From contig DVNV01000002.1 in the NCBI GenBank assembly GCA_018714125.1, positions 7,337 to 71,336 of the forward strand: a stretch of DNA of 64,000 bases, read 5' to 3'. Origin of the DNA: Candidatus Galloscillospira excrementipullorum. GTDB lineage: Bacteria; Bacillota; Clostridia; Oscillospirales; Feifaniaceae. A program made the translations under genes and the position numbers. Below are positions 19,384 through 28,809 of the stretch, one piece after another (positions within the stretch are counted from its first letter, which is position 1; every line of letters starts with the position of its first letter). Below the pieces are notes generated by a model. The model was not told the origin of the DNA. It worked only from the letters and a program-made list of their open reading frames with translations, and searched no databases.

Positions 19384-20269
19384 AGTCAAGGCCGAGCTGG
19401 CGGCGCTGCCCATCGGGGGAAGAGCCCTTCTGATGGCCGAGAGCTACGGGATGGTGCTGCCCTGTGTGGACTCCACGGGGACGCACATCCGGCTTCAAAC
19501 CGAGAGTGCGGACGCCGCCAAGCGGCTGGCCATGCTGTGCGAGGGACTGTGCGGTGCGCCGGTGGAGCTGTCGATGCTGGGCGGGGGGTATCTGGCCGAA
19601 GTGGAGCGCGGCGAGGGCGCCGTGCAGCGCGTGCTGCAGGTGCTGGACATCCCGACCGGGGTGCCTGCCCTGCGGCTGGGCCGCGCGCTGCTGGAGGATG
19701 CCGACTGCGTGACGGCCTTTTTGCGGGGCCTGTTTCTCTCTGCGGGAACGGCGTCGGACCCCGAAAAGGGGTATCGGCTGGAGCTTGTGCTGCGCCAGCA
19801 CCGGCTGACCGACGACCTTGAGGTGCTGCTGCAGGAGCTGCAGCTCCCCCCCGCCCGCACAACGCGCCGCCTGGCGCAGGTGCTCTATTACAAGAGCGCA
19901 TCCCGCGTGGAGGAGATTTTGAGAAGCCTTGGGGCGGCGCGCTCGGCCGACCGTTTGGCGCAGGTGCGCGGCAGGCGCGCCATCACCAATGAAATCAACC
20001 GTCAGCAAAACAGCAGCATTGCCAACATCAAGCGCATGGCGCAGGCCAACGCACTGCAAAACGCGGCGCTGCAGTCGCTGCAGGAGAGCGGCGTTTTGGA
20101 CACGCTGCCAAAGGAGCTGCAGCAGGTGGCGCAGGCACGCCTTGCCAACCCCGAGGCTACGCTGCGCGAGCTGTCCGGGCTTTTGCCCGGCCTTAGCCGT
20201 TCGACGGTGGATCGCCGTCTGCGCAGGCTGGTGGAGCTGGCGCAGGCGCGCATGGAGGAAACACAATGA
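19367..20269 (+). CDS. whiA: DNA-binding sporulation/cell-division regulator WhiA
   Basis: MSFTNEVKAELAAL has a WhiA-type N-terminus. The C-terminal HTH reads PEATLRELSGLLPGLSRSTVDRRLRRL. Confidence 0.9.
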   Translation: MSFTNEVKAELAALPIGGRALLMAESYGMVLPCVDSTGTHIRLQTESADAAKRLAMLCEGLCGAPVELSMLGGGYLAEVERGEGAVQRVLQVLDIPTGVPALRLGRALLEDADCVTAFLRGLFLSAGTASDPEKGYRLELVLRQHRLTDDLEVLLQELQLPPARTTRRLAQVLYYKSASRVEEILRSLGAARSADRLAQVRGRRAITNEINRQQNSSIANIKRMAQANALQNAALQSLQESGVLDTLPKELQQVAQARLANPEATLRELSGLLPGLSRSTVDRRLRRLVELAQARMEETQ

Positions 20270-23200
20270 GCTTTGTGCATTTGCATGTCCACAGTGAATA
20301 CAGCCTGCTCGACGGCGCCTGCCGCATCCCCCAGTTGGTGCGTGCGGCAAAGGAGCTTGGGCAGGAGGCCGTGGCCATCACCGACCACGGCGTGATGTAT
20401 GGCATCATCGACTTTTATAAGGCGGCAAAAAAGGAGGGCATCAAGCCCATTTTGGGCTGTGAGGTCTATGTGGCGCCCCGCCGGCGCACCGACAAAACCC
20501 ACGGGCTTGACGCCTCGTCAAACCACCTTGTCTTGCTGTGCAAAAACGAGACGGGGTATAAAAACCTCATGAAAATCGTGTCCGACGCCTTTGTGACGGG
20601 GTTTTACACCCGTCCCCGCACCGATTTTTCGGTGCTTGAGCGCTACCACGAGGGGCTAATCTGCCTGTCGGCCTGTCTGGCGGGGGAGGTGCCCCAGGCG
20701 CTGCTGCGCGGCGACTACGAGGGGGCAAAGGAAATTGCCCTGCGCTACAAGTCGCTCTTTGGCGAGGACTACTATATTGAAATTCAAGACCACGCGCTGG
20801 CCGAGCAGAGGAAGGTGCTGCCGCTCCTTGTCCGGCTGGCCGAAGAGTGCGGCATCCCGCTTGTGGCCACAAACGACGTCCACTACATCGACAAGAGCGA
20901 TGCGCAGGCGCAAAAGGTGCTCATGGCGGTGCAGATGGGCAAGACGGTGGACGACGAGAGCGCGCTCTTCTTTGAGACGCAGGAATTTTATCTCAAGAGC
21001 GGGCAGCAGATGATTGAGCTCTTCGGGAAATACCCGGGAGCCATCGAAAACACCGGCCTGATTGCCAAAAAGTGCAATGTGGAAATTGAGTTTGGACGTC
21101 ATCACCTGCCGGTCTTTCCCCTTGAGCCGGGCGTTTTGGCAAAGGACTATCTGCTCGAGCAGGTGAAAAAAGGATTTGCGCGCCGCTTCCCCGAAGGGGA
21201 TGCGCAGGCCTGGGAGCGGGTGGAGTTTGAGCTTGCCACCATTGAACAGATGGGGTTTGTGGACTATTTTCTCATCGTGTGGGATTTTATCCGGTATGCA
21301 AAGGACAAGGGCATTGCCGTGGGGCCGGGGAGAGGCTCTGCGGCAGGCTCCCTGGTCTCCTACTGCCTTGGCATTACCGACATCAACCCCCTCAAATACG
21401 ATTTGCTGTTTGAACGCTTTTTGAATCCCGAACGCATCAGCATGCCGGATATCGACATCGACTTTTGCTTCGAGCGGCGCGGCGAGGTCATCGACTACGT
21501 TGCCGAAAAATACGGGCGCGACCATGTGGCACAGATTGTCACCTTCGGGACCATGCTGGCGCGCGCCGCCATCCGCGACACGGGACGCGCCCTCAACATC
21601 CCCTACAGCGAGGTTGACACGGTGGCAAAGCTGGTGCCCTCGGAGCTGGGCATGACGCTGCGGCACGCACTGGAAGTTTCCCCGCAGCTTCGCGAGCTGC
21701 GCGAGCAGAGCCCCACCGTGCGCAACCTGCTGGACATGGCAGAGCGCCTCGAGGGCATGCCGCGCCACAGCTCGACCCATGCGGCGGGCGTGGTGATTAC
21801 CAAGGAGCCGCTTGACAACTATGTGCCGCTCCAAAAATCCGACGAGCTGCTTGTTACGCAGTATCCGATGGGCACGCTGGAGGAGCTGGGGCTGCTCAAA
21901 ATGGACTTTCTCGGCCTGCGCACGCTGACGCTGCTGCAAAAGGCGGTTGACATGATTCGCCGCCACACCCCCGATTTCACGCTTGAGGGCTTGGAGCCCG
22001 ACGACCCCGCCGTCTACGCCCTGTTCACCAGGGGGGACACCGAGGGCGTCTTCCAGTTTGAATCGGCGGGCATGCGCGCCATGCTGCTGGGCATGAAGCC
22101 CGCCTGCTTTGAAGACATCGTGGCGGCCATTGCGCTGTATCGTCCCGGCCCCATGGATTCCATTCCCAAATACATCGAAAACAAGAACAACCCCTCCCAT
22201 GTGAGCTACGCCTCCCCTGAGCTGCAGGACATTCTGGACGTGACCTACGGCTGTATTGTCTATCAGGAGCAGGTGATGGCCATTGTGCGCAAGCTGGGCG
22301 GCTTCTCGCTGGGGAGGGCCGACCTTGTGCGGCGTGCCATGAGCAAGAAAAAGCATGAAGTCATGGAGCAGGAGCGGGCCAATTTCATCTATGGCATTAC
22401 GGCGGAGGACGGCACCGTGGAGGTGGAGGGCTGTGTGCGCCGGGGCATCCCCGAGGCGGTGGCCAGCCGCATTTTTGACGACATGGCCTCCTTTGCAAGC
22501 TATGCCTTCAACAAGTCACACGCGGCGGCCTATGCGCTGGTGGCCTACCGCACGGCCTATCTCAAGCACTATTATCCAAAGGAGTTTATGGCCGCGCTGC
22601 TGACCAGTGTTCTGGACAGCTCAGATAAGGTGTCGGAGTACATCGGGGCCTGCCTGAAGATGGGAATTCCCGTTTTGCCGCCCGACATCAACGAGAGCGA
22701 GCAGGGATTTACCGTGACGGGAGACAGCATCCGCTTTGGCCTTGTGGCCATCAAGGGCATCGGCTACCATCTGATTGACAATGTACTCTCCGAGCGCAGG
22801 CACAACGGGCGCTTTACCAGCTTTTCGGATTTTGTGGAACGCATGACGGACAATGAGCTGGGCAAAAAATCCATGGCCTCCCTCATTGCGGCAGGCGCCT
22901 TCGATGCCATGAGAAAAAACCGCGCGCAGCTGCTGGAGGTCTATGAGAGCGTGATGGACGATGCGGCGTCCTCGCGCCGCAGCAACGTGGAAGGGCAGCT
23001 CAATCTCTTCGGGGAGCTGCCCGAGGCCGTTGAGCCGCACTATCCCGACATTCCCGAAATGCCGCTTCGCGAAAAGCTCAACCTGGAAAAAGCGGCCACC
23101 GGCTTTTATCTGTCGGGGCACCCGTTGTCTGAGTATCAGGCCGACATTGAGCGGGTGGGCGGCGTGCCCATCCGGGATTTGCTGCGGGCCGACACGGAGG

Positions 23201-23754
23201 ACTCACCCTGTCACGACGGGCAGATTGTCACGGTGGCTGCTGTCATCACGGGGCGGCGGCTCAAAACCACCAAAAACAACACCCAAATCGGCTTTTTTAC
23301 GCTGGAGGATATGACGGGCAGCATCAACTGCATGGTGTTTTCCTCTGTGCTGCAAAAGCACAACGCCCTGCTGCAAAAGGACCGGCTGGTGGCCATGCGG
23401 GCGCGTATCTCCAACAAGGAGGACGACGATGTGCTGCTCGTGTGCAATGAGGTTTGGGGGCTGCAGGAGGGCGCGCCCGCCCCGGCAGGGACGCCCGCCG
23501 CCGGCGGGGCCGCCGGCGGGGCCCCTGCCGGGCTCTACCTGAGGCTGCCCTCGCTTGACAGCGGGCAGGCAGACAGGGTCAAGGTGCTGCTGGGCATTTT
23601 CTCGGGGCAGACCGACGTCTATATGAGGCTGCTGGACACGGGGAAGCTGGTGCGCCATCCCCTTCGGGCGGGAAACGTTGCCTATCTGTGTGAGCAGATG
23701 AAAGAGCTGCTCGGGGAGCAGAACGTGGCGCTGGTGGGCGAGCCGTCAGACTGA
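20266..23754 (+). CDS. dnaE: DNA polymerase III alpha subunit (DnaE type)
   Basis: 1162 aa. The PHP domain reads MSFVHLHVHSEYSLLDGA. The polymerase core contains PDIDIDF. It overlaps the whiA stop as ATGA. Confidence 0.95.
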   Translation: MSFVHLHVHSEYSLLDGACRIPQLVRAAKELGQEAVAITDHGVMYGIIDFYKAAKKEGIKPILGCEVYVAPRRRTDKTHGLDASSNHLVLLCKNETGYKNLMKIVSDAFVTGFYTRPRTDFSVLERYHEGLICLSACLAGEVPQALLRGDYEGAKEIALRYKSLFGEDYYIEIQDHALAEQRKVLPLLVRLAEECGIPLVATNDVHYIDKSDAQAQKVLMAVQMGKTVDDESALFFETQEFYLKSGQQMIELFGKYPGAIENTGLIAKKCNVEIEFGRHHLPVFPLEPGVLAKDYLLEQVKKGFARRFPEGDAQAWERVEFELATIEQMGFVDYFLIVWDFIRYAKDKGIAVGPGRGSAAGSLVSYCLGITDINPLKYDLLFERFLNPERISMPDIDIDFCFERRGEVIDYVAEKYGRDHVAQIVTFGTMLARAAIRDTGRALNIPYSEVDTVAKLVPSELGMTLRHALEVSPQLRELREQSPTVRNLLDMAERLEGMPRHSSTHAAGVVITKEPLDNYVPLQKSDELLVTQYPMGTLEELGLLKMDFLGLRTLTLLQKAVDMIRRHTPDFTLEGLEPDDPAVYALFTRGDTEGVFQFESAGMRAMLLGMKPACFEDIVAAIALYRPGPMDSIPKYIENKNNPSHVSYASPELQDILDVTYGCIVYQEQVMAIVRKLGGFSLGRADLVRRAMSKKKHEVMEQERANFIYGITAEDGTVEVEGCVRRGIPEAVASRIFDDMASFASYAFNKSHAAAYALVAYRTAYLKHYYPKEFMAALLTSVLDSSDKVSEYIGACLKMGIPVLPPDINESEQGFTVTGDSIRFGLVAIKGIGYHLIDNVLSERRHNGRFTSFSDFVERMTDNELGKKSMASLIAAGAFDAMRKNRAQLLEVYESVMDDAASSRRSNVEGQLNLFGELPEAVEPHYPDIPEMPLREKLNLEKAATGFYLSGHPLSEYQADIERVGGVPIRDLLRADTEDSPCHDGQIVTVAAVITGRRLKTTKNNTQIGFFTLEDMTGSINCMVFSSVLQKHNALLQKDRLVAMRARISNKEDDDVLLVCNEVWGLQEGAPAPAGTPAAGGAAGGAPAGLYLRLPSLDSGQADRVKVLLGIFSGQTDVYMRLLDTGKLVRHPLRAGNVAYLCEQMKELLGEQNVALVGEPSD

Positions 23755-23887
23755 GGGTCTGCCCGGACGGCCTGCACCCTTTTGGGTGCGGGGAAAGACG
23801 GCATCCCCCTGCCCGGCAAGCTGCGGGGCAGACGGGATAATTTGCGCAAACGACCGAGGACAAATTGAAAAAGAGGGGGAAAACACC

Positions 23888-24886
23888 ATGAAACAGGGAG
23901 CTTCCACCATTGCCATTCTCTCTTCGGGGGGAGATGCCCCCGGCATGAACGCCGCCATCCGGGCAGCCGTGCGCGGAGGCCTCGGGCGGGGCTGCCGCAT
24001 GCTGGGCGTGCTGCGCGGGTATCAGGGGCTGATTGACGATGAGGTCGAAGAGCTTGAGCTGCGCTCGGTGTCGGACGTCATCCACCGGGGCGGAACCATG
24101 CTTTACACCGCGCGTTCCGACGAGTTTGTGACGCCTGCCGGCCAGAAAAAGGCGCTTGACACGCTGGCGCGCCATGGGGCCGACGCCCTGATTGTCGTGG
24201 GGGGAGACGGCTCCTTCCGGGGAGCCCTGGACCTGGCAAGGCAGGGGATGCAGATTGTGGGCATCCCCGGGACGATTGACAACGACATCGCCTGCTCCGA
24301 GTATACGATTGGCTATGACACCGCCGTCAACACCGCCATTGAGATGATTGACCGGCTGCGTGACACGGCGCAGTCGCACGAGCGGTGCAGCGTGATTGAG
24401 GTCATGGGCAGGCACTGCGGCAACATTGCGCTGTCGGCGGGGATTGCCACGGGCGCCACCGCCATTCTGGTTCCCGAAATCGATTTTGACTATGAAAAGG
24501 ACGTGCTCGAGCGCATTGCCTTTACGCGCAGCAAGGGAAAACGCCATTTTATCGTGGTTGCCTCGGAGGGTATTTTCAAGCAGTCCGGCAGCCGCTTTTC
24601 CAGCAGCGAGGAGATGTCGGCGGCCATCTCGCAGGACTCGGGGATTCCGGCACGCACCACCGTGCTCGGCCATGTGCAGCGCGGCGGAAGCCCCACGGGA
24701 AGAGACCGTATCACGGCCAGCGAGATGGGATATCTGGCGGCAGAGCTGCTGGCCACGGGGCGGGGCAACCGGATTCTGGCCGTGCGGGCAGGCAGAGTGT
24801 GCGACCTCGACGTGGAGGAGGCGCTGTCGGCCGTGCGCCATTTTGATTTCGAGCTCTACCGCATGTCTCAGGAGCTTTCGCTGTGA
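23888..24886 (+). CDS. pfkA: ATP-dependent 6-phosphofructokinase
   Basis: The protein starts MKQGASTIAILSSGGDAPGMNAAIRA. GGDGSFRGA, PGTIDNDI and HVQRGG are also present. Confidence 0.95.
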   Translation: MKQGASTIAILSSGGDAPGMNAAIRAAVRGGLGRGCRMLGVLRGYQGLIDDEVEELELRSVSDVIHRGGTMLYTARSDEFVTPAGQKKALDTLARHGADALIVVGGDGSFRGALDLARQGMQIVGIPGTIDNDIACSEYTIGYDTAVNTAIEMIDRLRDTAQSHERCSVIEVMGRHCGNIALSAGIATGATAILVPEIDFDYEKDVLERIAFTRSKGKRHFIVVASEGIFKQSGSRFSSSEEMSAAISQDSGIPARTTVLGHVQRGGSPTGRDRITASEMGYLAAELLATGRGNRILAVRAGRVCDLDVEEALSAVRHFDFELYRMSQELSL

Positions 24887-25278
24887 AGCGCAGGCCGCCC
24901 GAAGACGCCTGGAGCATGACGCCGGGCCACAGCCGATGCCCCGACTGCGGCGAGCCCTTTCAGAACGGCGTCTGCCCCGTCTGCCATAAGCAGGCAGACA
25001 TCCCGCCCATCCCCGCCTGGTGGCCCGTTGCGCTGCTGGCGGTGCTGGCCTTGCTGACCGCCCTGTTTTCGCTGTTTGCCCCCGAGGGGCTGACCGGCCT
25101 GAGCATTGCCTTTGCCGGGGCCTGCTGCGCGGCGCTGGCGGGGTGTGTGGTCTGGTTTTGGGCCGCCTTTCGCTACGGGCTGGACAAACGGGTTTTGCTG
25201 CGCGTCATGATGATGGTGGGCGGGCTCTTTGTGCTCAATATGACGGTCATGGCCTTTTTGTCGCTGCTGAGGCTATAA
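24883..25278 (+). CDS. Hypothetical membrane protein with N-terminal zinc-ribbon (CxxC...CxxC)
   Basis: The zinc-ribbon reads CPDCGEPFQNGVCPVC and is followed by about three hydrophobic helices. The GTG overlaps the pfkA stop as GTGA, and an alternative ATG lies at 24916. I recognise no homology. Confidence 0.55.
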   Translation: MKRRPPEDAWSMTPGHSRCPDCGEPFQNGVCPVCHKQADIPPIPAWWPVALLAVLALLTALFSLFAPEGLTGLSIAFAGACCAALAGCVVWFWAAFRYGLDKRVLLRVMMMVGGLFVLNMTVMAFLSLLRL

Positions 25279-25319
25279 ACCGTCATGCCCTTTTTTGCCA
25301 AAGGAAAAAGAAGCTGCCG

Positions 25320-25363
25320 GCCCTTTCCCGATGGGGAGTTTTCTCCCGGGAAAGGGCTTTTTT
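25320..25363 (+). terminator. Intrinsic terminator
   Basis: GCCCTTTCCCG...CGGGAAAGGGC followed by TTTTTT. Confidence 0.8.
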
Positions 25364-25716
25364 ATGCTGTCCGGGGGCGTTTTTTTACAGAGAGGCCATG
25401 GCGCGGCGGGCGAAAAATGCGCAGGGAAAGGCCGCTTGCTCAATTAAAATTTTGAAAATCTTGAAAATAAAAGAATGCACAAAAACAGCGCCTGTCCGAC
25501 TGTTTTACGCATGCTGCGCAGCGGATGGGGAACACTGTTTTTGGGAAAAGAGCAAAAAGGCGCAGCCGGCCGGTAAAAAATTACAAATTTTTCCATATGG
25601 CTTGTCCTACACTAAAACTGAAAAACAGGGGCCGACATGAGAAATTTTCTCGCGGCGCTAGAAAAATATGCAGCGCCCTGACGGTGCAAACTAGCGTGTG
25701 GGGGAGGGATTTTGAC

Positions 25717-26787
25717 ATGAAAAAACCGTGGAGAAAGCACCTCTCTTTCGCAGGAAGTCTCCTGATGAGCGCACTGCTTTGCACCGTGCTGGCGCTCGGC
25801 ATACGGGCCGACACCCAAAGCGCCATGGCGCTCGGGTCAGAGCCCGTGATGACGGCCCGCCAGAGACAACTGCTGGTACCGGGCGGAGACGCCTTTGGCG
25901 TCAAGGTCTATGCCAGCGGCGTCATGGTTGTGGGAACGGCCGACATTGAAACGCCGCAGGGCGTGAAAAATCCGGCCACCGACGCCGGCGTCAGAGTCAA
26001 GGACATCATCACCGCCGTGGACGGCGTCTCCGTCAATACGGTGGAGGATTTGTCCGACCGCCTGCAGAACTGTGACGGAGACCCCGTCATGGTGACGCTG
26101 CAGCGCGAGGACGAGACCTTTGACGCCGTGATCACCCCCGTCTGCTCCACCGATGGGAAGTTCCAGGTGGGGCTGTGGGTGAGGGATTCCACGGCCGGCA
26201 TCGGCACCGTGACCTTTTATGACCCGGCCTCCGGCTGGTTCGGCGGGCTGGGCCATGCCATCTGTGACGTTGACACCGGGGAAGTCATCCCCATCGACAG
26301 CGGAACGGTGGTGGGGGCCAAGGTGCTCGACGTGCGCAAGGGCGTCAAGGGCGCTGCCGGTGAGCTCATCGGCATCTTTGACGACAGTCAGCAGCTCGGC
26401 TCCCTCAAAGTCAACTGCAACGCGGGTGTCTTCGGACAGGCTGAGCAGCCCGACGCATGGCAGGGAGAAGCCATCCCGATTGCCTTTAAGGAGGAAATCC
26501 GGGAGGGTGCGGCACAGATTGTCTGCTCCGCTTCCGGGCAGCCCCGGACCTATGACATCGAGATCACTCGTGTTATGACGGCCACGGGCGCAAACGGAAA
26601 GAGCATGGCCATTGAAGTGGTCGACCCGGAGCTGATTGCCCTGACCGGGGGAATCGTCCAGGGGATGAGCGGCAGCCCCATTCTGCAGGACGGCAGACTG
26701 GTGGGCGCCGTGACCCATGTGATGCTGGGAGACCCCACGCGCGGGTATGGAATCTTCATTGAGTCCATGCTCGAGCAAATTCCCTAG
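25717..26787 (+). CDS. spoIVB: Stage IV sporulation signalling serine peptidase SpoIVB (S55, PDZ)
   Basis: Start at MKKPWRKHLSF after the SD GGGGGAGGG. GIGTVTFYDPASGWFGGLGH and the catalytic-Ser region GMSGSPILQDGRLVGAV are present. It has the conserved position upstream of spo0A. Confidence 0.9.
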   Translation: MKKPWRKHLSFAGSLLMSALLCTVLALGIRADTQSAMALGSEPVMTARQRQLLVPGGDAFGVKVYASGVMVVGTADIETPQGVKNPATDAGVRVKDIITAVDGVSVNTVEDLSDRLQNCDGDPVMVTLQREDETFDAVITPVCSTDGKFQVGLWVRDSTAGIGTVTFYDPASGWFGGLGHAICDVDTGEVIPIDSGTVVGAKVLDVRKGVKGAAGELIGIFDDSQQLGSLKVNCNAGVFGQAEQPDAWQGEAIPIAFKEEIREGAAQIVCSASGQPRTYDIEITRVMTATGANGKSMAIEVVDPELIALTGGIVQGMSGSPILQDGRLVGAVTHVMLGDPTRGYGIFIESMLEQIP

Positions 26788-26797
26788 CGGAAGAGAG

Positions 26798-26835
26798 AGA
26801 GGAGGCCGCCGCGCAGGCGGTCTCCTCTTTTTTTC
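26798..26835 (+). terminator. Intrinsic terminator after spoIVB
   Basis: AGAGGAGGCCGCC gcgca GGCGGTCTCCTCT followed by TTTTTTT. Confidence 0.85.
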
Positions 26836-26859
26836 TCAAATCTTTTCAAATTTTCCCGC

Positions 26860-26876
26860 ATCGACAAGATTCGACA
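26860..26876. promoter_or_regulatory. Two tandem 0A-box-like sites upstream of spo0A
   Basis: ATCGACA (26860-26866, 6/7) and TTCGACA (26870-26876) are present. The second is an exact complement of the TGTCGAA consensus. The sites are 10 bp apart. Confidence 0.45.
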
Positions 26877-26981
26877 AAAACAGGTGTATATACTTGAATT
26901 ATAATAAAATTCGTGATAATCTGACAAAAAGACCAAACTGCGAAAATATCCAAAAATACCCAATCGATTTTGAAAAAACGC

Positions 26982-27010
26982 TTGCAAACGATTCCTTTTT
27001 ATGGTAAATT
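26982..27010 (+). promoter_or_regulatory. Possible sigmaA-type spo0A promoter
   Basis: TTGCAA (26982-26987), a 17-nt spacer ending in TGg, then TAAATT (27005-27010). I could not find a convincing sigmaH promoter. Confidence 0.35.
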
Positions 27011-27072
27011 ATGGATAAGGATAACATTCAGATACGGTCATCAATTACTACAACCATCAAAGGAGTTTCACT

Positions 27073-27903
27073 ATGGATATGTCACAAAGAGCGATTCAGG
27101 TCGTGATTGCAGACGACAACGAAGATTTTGCCCTGACGACCAAGGCCATGCTGGAAAGCCAGGGCATTGAAGTGGTGGCAGTGGCTACGACGGGAGAGGA
27201 TGCGATTGCCCAGACCAGGCGTCACAAGCCCGACGTTTTGGTGCTGGATCTGTGCCTGCCGCGAACCGACGGGCTGGGGGTGCTGTCGGCGCTGTCCTCC
27301 CGGGATGCGGACAACAAAACATCGGTGCTTGTCTACTCGTGCATCGGCAATGAGGAGATTACGCGTCAGGCAATGGCGGCAGGGGCGGCCTACTATCTGT
27401 TTAAGGACAACGACATCTCCATTCTGGTGGACCGAATCCGTGCGCTGGCCTGCGGGGATTTCCAGCGCACCGGGGCGGCGCCGGCAGGGGAGCCGCAGCT
27501 CTCCACCCAGTTGCAGCTTGAGCGCGCCATCACCGACATCATCCACGACATCGGCGTCCCCGCCCACATCAAGGGCTACCAGTATCTGCGCGTGGCCATC
27601 ACCATGGCCGTGATGGACAGCTCCATTCTCGACTCGGTGACAAAGCAGCTGTACCCCTCGGTTGCAAGGCAGTTTCAGACCACGCCCTCCCGTGTGGAGC
27701 GTGCCATCCGGCATGCCGTGGAGGTGGCGTGGGATCGCGGCAACGTGGAGACGCTCAACAGCTACTTCGGATACACCATCCACAACAACAAGGGCAAGCC
27801 CACAAACTCCGAATTTATTGCCATGATTGCAGACAAACTCATCCTGGCCAGAAAAGGGCAGGAGCAGAACATGCAAAAGGAGCGTCAGCCTCACTACGTC
27901 TGA
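27073..27903 (+). CDS. spo0A: Sporulation master response regulator Spo0A
   Basis: The receiver domain reads [10 protein letters not shown]...[14 protein letters not shown]. The Spo0A-specific C-domain reads [24 protein letters not shown]...[15 protein letters not shown]. Confidence 0.95.
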   Translation: MDMSQRAIQVVIADDNEDFALTTKAMLESQGIEVVAVATTGEDAIAQTRRHKPDVLVLDLCLPRTDGLGVLSALSSRDADNKTSVLVYSCIGNEEITRQAMAAGAAYYLFKDNDISILVDRIRALACGDFQRTGAAPAGEPQLSTQLQLERAITDIIHDIGVPAHIKGYQYLRVAITMAVMDSSILDSVTKQLYPSVARQFQTTPSRVERAIRHAVEVAWDRGNVETLNSYFGYTIHNNKGKPTNSEFIAMIADKLILARKGQEQNMQKERQPHYV

Positions 27904-28167
27904 TGGCCGTGGATTTTTTCCAGCGTCCGACTTGCCGCAGCCACTGCGCAAATCGGACGCTGTTGTCTGCCCGGGGAAAAGAGGCAAAAACCGGGCGGGG
28001 GAGGAGGGGACAGCGCAAGGGCACTGCAAAATCTTTTTGCCTTTCCTTTCAAAAAATAACATAAAAAAGGACGGACCTGTGCAGTGAAAAGGCGGGAGAG
28101 AGCCTTCTTTTGGGGGCAGCCTTTGTGTGCGCTTCGCCCCGGCAGCCCCGGCAAAGGCGGCCCTTTG

Positions 28168-28196
28168 TTGCACGAAGGCAAAAAGTCTGATATACT
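28168..28196 (+). promoter_or_regulatory. SigmaA-like promoter of the carD-like gene
   Basis: TTGCAC (28168-28173), a 17-nt spacer, then TATACT (28191-28196). Confidence 0.5.
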
Positions 28197-28248
28197 AACT
28201 GGAAACCTGTCTTTTTGCGGGGAATGCCGTCAAGCGAGGGGGGATTTT

Positions 28249-28725
28249 GTGTTTTCGGTTGGAGACAAGGTGCTGTATCCCATGCACGGCGCCGGTGTCA
28301 TCGAGCGCATTGAAGAGCGTGAGGTGCTGGGGGAGACGGTGCGCTTTTATGTGATAACACTGCCCTTTGGCGGCATGATGGTGTCCATTCCGGTGGAGCG
28401 CAATCAGGAGGTGGGGCTGCGACCGGTGGTTGAGGAGGCCGAGGCGCGCCGCATCCTCGAGCAGTTTGGCGCGGCGCCGGCAGAGGAGGACGGCAACTGG
28501 AGCAGGAGATACCGCGACAACATGCTGCGCATCAAAAGCGGCGACATTGAGCAGCTTTCGTCGGTGCTGTTTTTGCTCATGAAGCGGGAGCGCGACAGGG
28601 GGCTTTCCACGGGAGAGCGCAAGATGATGGTGTCGGCCCGGCAGATTTTTGTCAGTGAGCTCAGCCTTGCCATCGGCAGCCCCGGCCACGAGATTGAGCG
28701 CCGGCTGGCGGAAAATCTCGTTTGA
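28249..28725 (+). CDS. CarD/CdnL-family RNA-polymerase-binding regulator
   Basis: GTG start. VFSVGDKVLYPMHGAGVIERIEEREVLGETVRFYVI is a CarD_CdnL_TRCF domain. It shows carD-ispD-ispF synteny. Confidence 0.85.
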   Translation: MFSVGDKVLYPMHGAGVIERIEEREVLGETVRFYVITLPFGGMMVSIPVERNQEVGLRPVVEEAEARRILEQFGAAPAEEDGNWSRRYRDNMLRIKSGDIEQLSSVLFLLMKRERDRGLSTGERKMMVSARQIFVSELSLAIGSPGHEIERRLAENLV

Positions 28726-28744
28726 ACGGCAGTGTCAGCGTTAT

Positions 28745-28770
28745 GCCCCGCCTCCTGCGGGGCTTTTTTT
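28745..28770 (+). terminator. Intrinsic terminator
   Basis: GCCCCGC ctcct GCGGGGC followed by TTTTTTT. Confidence 0.85.
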
Positions 28771-28809
28771 ACAGCGTGAAACAGTCAGTTTGCAAAGGAG
28801 GAAATTTGC

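Noticed and set aside
23440-23754. The DnaE C-terminal region after the Ala/Gly/Pro-rich linker (APAPAGTPAAGGAAGGAPAG) might be a fused extra domain.
   Set aside because: The total length matches standard DnaE, whose C-terminus also follows the OB fold. Only the linker is low-complexity.
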